This document shows positions 60,383-64,000 of a DNA stretch of 64,000 nucleotides, one piece after another. The translations under genes were made by a program, and so were the position numbers. The first letter of the stretch is position 1. The number at the start of each line of letters is the position of its first letter. The notes under the pieces were generated by a model that searched no databases, was not told the DNA's origin, and saw only the letters and a list, made by a program, of their open reading frames with translations. Source of the DNA: Candidatus Caenarcanales bacterium (lineage in GTDB: Bacteria; Cyanobacteriota; Vampirovibrionia; 2-02-FULL-35-15); NCBI GenBank assembly GCA_020050435.1, contig JAGVKQ010000022.1:17305-81304 (forward strand). The letters are read 5' to 3'.

Positions 60383-61624
60383 CTAATCCCAACTCCTTAT
60401 CTTCATTGCATCACGCACTCTGTGCAATGTTTCTTTTACGGTTTTTCTTGCTCTTTTATTTCCTATATCTAGTATTTCAAGAATTTCTTTTTCATTTTTC
60501 AAAGATTGTCTTTTTTCTCTAATGGGGTGGAAATAATCATTCATGATATTTGCTAATCTGGTTTTACAGTCCATACATCCTATAGCAGCAGAGTGACATT
60601 CTTTTTTTACGGTTTCCAAAGTGTTTTTATCTGCAAATATCTCATAGTGTTTATATGCTACCTGACAATTTTCTACATTTCCTGGATCTGTTTTTTTCAT
60701 TCTGGCAGGATCTGTAATCATTTGTTTTACTTTTTTCAATGTCTCTTCAGGACTGTCTTCCATCTTTATGTCATTCCCATAAGACTTACTCATTTTTCTT
60801 CCATCAACTCCAGGAACTGATGGTGTTTCAGTAAGTAAATGCTGTGGTTCAGGAAATAAATCTGTTTTGTAAATGTGATTAAATCTTCTGGCAATATCTC
60901 TGCTCATTTCTAAATGTGCTACCTGATCTTTTCCTACTGGTACAGATTCCCCCAGGACACTTAAAATATCTGCTGTTTGTAAAACTGGGTAGCCTAAAAG
61001 ACCATATGTAATCTCTTCATTTTGCTTTTCTGATCTATATTTAATAAAAAGATTTAAGATTTCTTCCACTTTTTTTATATCATCTCGACAACAAGCAATA
61101 AATCCGCTATGTGACAAAGGTATATCATTTGCGTTTAGTTGGACAATGTAAGATGTTATAAATTTTATTTCATCATCTAACATTGCAATGCTCATACTAT
61201 GGATAAAATTAACTAATTCTCTCTCTGCGCCAAGTTCCTTTAGTCTTTTACTTAATTGAAATAAAGCTTGATTACTTGGTAGATTTTCTTTTAAAGTAGG
61301 ATCTCTCTCCACCCAGTTTTGGTAAGTAATCATAGAAAGTAAAAGATGCAGTTCTGCTACTTCTGGAATGGCTGATTGAACGTAGAGAGTACATTTATTC
61401 GGGTCTATGCCAGAAGCTAAAATATCTTTTGCTACTTCTATAGTATTTTGATTTAATTCATGAGTGTCTTTATATTTAGTAGTTAATGTGTGCCAGTCAG
61501 CTATGAAATAAAAACATTCATGCTCATCTTGGAGTTTTGCCCAGTTCCTAAGTACACCTAAATAATGTCCGATATGGAGTGAACCTGTAGGTCTTATGCC
61601 TGAGAGTAATCTTTTTTTAGCCAC
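60383..61624 (-). CDS. trpS: tryptophan--tRNA ligase (long form with an internal insertion)
   Basis: HIGH motif (HIGHYLG), KMSKS (KMSKSYGN) and the Trp-specific region. At 413 aa it is longer than the usual ~330 aa. Confidence 0.9.
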   Translation of the reverse strand: MAKKRLLSGIRPTGSLHIGHYLGVLRNWAKLQDEHECFYFIADWHTLTTKYKDTHELNQNTIEVAKDILASGIDPNKCTLYVQSAIPEVAELHLLLSMITYQNWVERDPTLKENLPSNQALFQLSKRLKELGAERELVNFIHSMSIAMLDDEIKFITSYIVQLNANDIPLSHSGFIACCRDDIKKVEEILNLFIKYRSEKQNEEITYGLLGYPVLQTADILSVLGESVPVGKDQVAHLEMSRDIARRFNHIYKTDLFPEPQHLLTETPSVPGVDGRKMSKSYGNDIKMEDSPEETLKKVKQMITDPARMKKTDPGNVENCQVAYKHYEIFADKNTLETVKKECHSAAIGCMDCKTRLANIMNDYFHPIREKRQSLKNEKEILEILDIGNKRARKTVKETLHRVRDAMKIRSWD

Positions 61625-61629
61625 GAAAT

Positions 61630-61765
61630 TTATTATATCGTAACAACGTCATTGCGAGGAGTGTAACGACGAAGCAATCTCACAATCGTCACACGTTAAT
61701 AGATTGCCACGCCTCATTTCATTCGGCTCGCAATGACGTGTTGCGTCTCTTACGATATAATTGCT
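61630..61765. repeat. long imperfect inverted repeat between the divergent trpS and nitrilase genes (arms …attatatcgtaa…acgtcattgcgag / ctcgcaatgacgt…ttacgatataat…)
   Basis: Arms of about 35-45 bp are separated by about 45 bp. They contain the TCGCAATGAC motif, which also occurs at 996-1009. Confidence 0.55.
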
Positions 61766-61767
61766 TT

Positions 61768-62640
61768 ATGACTGAAAATAAAAAACTAAAAGTAGCAGTT
61801 ATTCAAATGACTAGTGGTTCTGACAAAGAAAAGAACTTAGAATCAGCTACTAGCCTAATAAACTACGCTATAAAAAAGGGAGCTGAATTTATTGCTCTTC
61901 CCGAAGTCTTTAATTTCAGAGGACATTTAGATGAAGCAGCAAATGCTGCAGAAGAAATACCTGGACCTTCTACTGATAAGCTTTCAAAAGTTGCTAAAGA
62001 AAATAAAGTTTGGATTTTAATCGGCAGCATGATGGAAATAATTCGAGCTGAGAGCCGAGAATTGAGAGCTGAGAAGAAAAATCGCAGCTCGCAGCTCGCA
62101 GCTTGCAGCTCAAAACCTTATAACACATCTGTTCTTATTGATCCAAAAGGAAATATCGTCGCCAAGTATAGCAAAATGCATTTGTTCGACATCAAGTTAA
62201 AAGGAAAAGAAATATTAGAATCCAGCAGAAATCAAGCGGGTGCAAAACCATGTTTAACAGAAGTCCATGGTATAAAAACTGCCCTCAGTATTTGTTATGA
62301 TTTACGATTCCCAGAATTATTTAGAGATCATTCAGAAAATGGTGCAGAAATAATTTGTGTGCCATCTTCATTTACAAAAGTTACTGGTGAAGCTCATTGG
62401 GAAACATTACTGAGAGCTAGAGCCATTGAAAACCAATGTTTTGTTCTAGCACCGAACCAGGCTGGCATAGGATCTGGCGGAGTGAAAACTTATGGTCACA
62501 GTATGATTATAGATCCGTGGGGAAAAATCTTAGCAGAAGCACCAGATACAGGTGAAGCAGTAATTACTGCAGATTTGGATTTTACTTACTTAAAAAAAAT
62601 TAGAGAAAACTTACCTTGTTTAAAACATAGGAAGATGTAG
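61768..62640 (+). CDS. carbon-nitrogen hydrolase (nitrilase superfamily) with a low-complexity insertion
   Basis: E-K-C triad context (…KMHLFD…, …SICYDLRFPELF…). The start is placed at MTENKKLKVAVIQM. Confidence 0.85.
   Translation: MTENKKLKVAVIQMTSGSDKEKNLESATSLINYAIKKGAEFIALPEVFNFRGHLDEAANAAEEIPGPSTDKLSKVAKENKVWILIGSMMEIIRAESRELRAEKKNRSSQLAACSSKPYNTSVLIDPKGNIVAKYSKMHLFDIKLKGKEILESSRNQAGAKPCLTEVHGIKTALSICYDLRFPELFRDHSENGAEIICVPSSFTKVTGEAHWETLLRARAIENQCFVLAPNQAGIGSGGVKTYGHSMIIDPWGKILAEAPDTGEAVITADLDFTYLKKIRENLPCLKHRKM
62044..62111 (+). repeat. GC-rich simple-sequence repeats inside the nitrilase CDS ((gagagc/tgagag)n and (cgcagct)x3-4)
   Basis: The tandem units are visible. They encode an extra ~20-aa segment (ESRELRAEKKNRSSQLAACSS) in frame. 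Confidence 0.6.
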
Positions 62641-62650
62641 AGAATATAAA

Positions 62651-63277
62651 TTAAGCAGCACTCTTTGCCTGAGCTATTAAAAAAGGAATAAGTCTGTTTA
62701 TTTCATCAATTTCTAATGGGGTAAACTCTTTATGATCATAAGGTAATGTAAGTCGAGCAGTAGGCCTATCACCATCATCATGGGCATCCAGGTTACTTAA
62801 AACCCAATGCTTATCTAGTCCTTCAGCTTGATAGACATTATCTAATTCACATTCAGCAGACATTCCCATAGTATCCTCTATTACTAAAGGAAGAAAAATC
62901 CCGCCTTCACTTGCATCGATAGCAATATTTCCTTTATAATCAACTTGTTGTTTAAAAGAAACATTGGACAAATCAGAAACCCCCCTTCTAGCAATTTCCA
63001 AAGAATCTCCATCCCCAGAAGATATTATTATTTTTGCAATTGAAGGATTAGCTGCTAACATTTTCACGAAATCTTCACTTCCAGGAAATAATTCATCTTT
63101 AAGATTAATTAAGGTTCTGCCACAGTCTATAACTGCAATAGCTTTGTCACTTGAAAAAGTAGGCTCTTCAGGTAACTTTAAGTAGGATTTTCCTAGTGAT
63201 CTAAATCCCGCCCACGGATAAGTGGCATCTTTAATTGGAATTGTAAAACCTGGAATATCTCTAACTGATAATGTCAT
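62651..63277 (-). CDS. hypothetical protein
   Basis: ORF only. Confidence 0.4.
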   Translation of the reverse strand: MTLSVRDIPGFTIPIKDATYPWAGFRSLGKSYLKLPEEPTFSSDKAIAVIDCGRTLINLKDELFPGSEDFVKMLAANPSIAKIIISSGDGDSLEIARRGVSDLSNVSFKQQVDYKGNIAIDASEGGIFLPLVIEDTMGMSAECELDNVYQAEGLDKHWVLSNLDAHDDGDRPTARLTLPYDHKEFTPLEIDEINRLIPFLIAQAKSAA

Positions 63278-63372
63278 TTGTGATTTCCTTAAAATGTTTT
63301 TATCATAGTATTATTTATTTTTTTATTAATCAAGTAAAGTGGATTAAATTTCTCTAATAATACGGATTTGGA

Positions 63373-63948
63373 TTAACTGACTACCGTCTCTTGTTTATTT
63401 GCGCCGAACAATGTACTTACTTCTTTGTTTTGAATAACAGCCATCATTAAGATATCTCCACCTGGATAGCCGTAATAGCCATCTATTAAAAAACCATTGT
63501 CATGAATTTGATCTTGTAAAACTTTTGGTTTTATTTTTTGAACTGAATTATCTATTTCTTCTTTCTTGAAACCCGAAAACATTTTTTCAATAAATCCAAT
63601 TTCCGTATTTGCTGAAATAATCAACATGCCAGTTGGAAGAAGAAGCCTTCTTGCTTCATTATAGAAAGGTGCTGTGCTGTGTGGTGTACTGGCTTGTTGC
63701 AACAAGCCAGTACGATCGCATAACGAATAATCTATCACTATGCGTGTAAATGTATTGTCTTTTAAATCTTCTATTGTGGGTGAATTTACAATCGAATTGT
63801 TTTCTTTTATTTGATTAATAAATTCTTCTTCCCATTTACCGACAATAAGAACTGATTGTCCTTTACCAATAGCTTTCAATATTCTTTTTTTTATTTTCTC
63901 TGGTTTTGTAATCATTCCTTCTCCCTTACTTGCAATTAAAGGATCCAT
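63373..63948 (-). CDS. putative SAM-dependent methyltransferase-fold or aminopropyltransferase-like protein
   Basis: A weak resemblance to a spermidine-synthase/MTase region (…APFYNEARRLLLPTGMLII…). The start codon is embedded in a GGATCC palindrome. Confidence 0.35.
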   Translation of the reverse strand: MDPLIASKGEGMITKPEKIKKRILKAIGKGQSVLIVGKWEEEFINQIKENNSIVNSPTIEDLKDNTFTRIVIDYSLCDRTGLLQQASTPHSTAPFYNEARRLLLPTGMLIISANTEIGFIEKMFSGFKKEEIDNSVQKIKPKVLQDQIHDNGFLIDGYYGYPGGDILMMAVIQNKEVSTLFGANKQETVVS

Positions 63949-64000
63949 TCGATTTACTCGATGGATCCGAACAGACTGTTGGTACAGTCCAGGGAGGTTT

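Noticed and set aside
61625-61767. T-box riboswitch leader upstream of trpS
   Set aside because: No T-box consensus (AATTAGGGTGGTACCGCG-like) or specifier-loop architecture is present. The region is a simple long inverted repeat.

Overview
The window is a low-GC (roughly 30%) bacterial chromosome segment, read directly from the sequence. Two stretches of ordinary core genes flank an accessory block.

Core genes recognised:
- A class A penicillin-binding protein, a TrmH-family RNA methyltransferase and a Wzx-type flippase.
- ilvE and ilvD.
- lipA, interrupted by an in-frame TAA.
- A DAACS symporter and msrB.
- Two tandem phosphofructokinase paralogs whose donor-site motifs differ.
- A split transketolase, an acyl-CoA dehydrogenase, trpS and a nitrilase-superfamily hydrolase.

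Accessory block: between about 22.7 and 39-40 kb a tRNA-His(GTG) gene is directly abutted, with a 12-bp overlap of its 3' end, by a large serine recombinase. Behind it lie a frameshifted Xis-like HTH ORF, a primase-polymerase/P-loop ATPase replication gene, an XRE repressor with palindromic operators in a divergent promoter, and cargo of unknown function. The most striking cargo is a co-directional two-gene cassette. It encodes a 959-aa protein with an N-terminal Mrr-type (PD-(D/E)xK) restriction-endonuclease domain fused to about 800 aa of TPR-like repeats, tightly followed by a 450-aa unknown protein. I flag this as a candidate undescribed defence or toxin module on an integrative element.

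Other notable structure:
- A dispersed family of GGATCC-centred palindromic repeats that carry a conserved ATGGATCC start-codon segment.
- A conserved ~50-bp element upstream of two island genes.
- A long inverted repeat between trpS and the nitrilase gene.
- A GC-rich microsatellite insertion inside the nitrilase CDS.

No CRISPR array or rRNA was seen. Organism identity cannot be established from the sequence alone. The eukaryote-like domains (Ras-like GTPase, MORN, lamin-tail, TPR) and the many secreted hypothetical proteins would fit a host-associated or amoeba-associated lifestyle.
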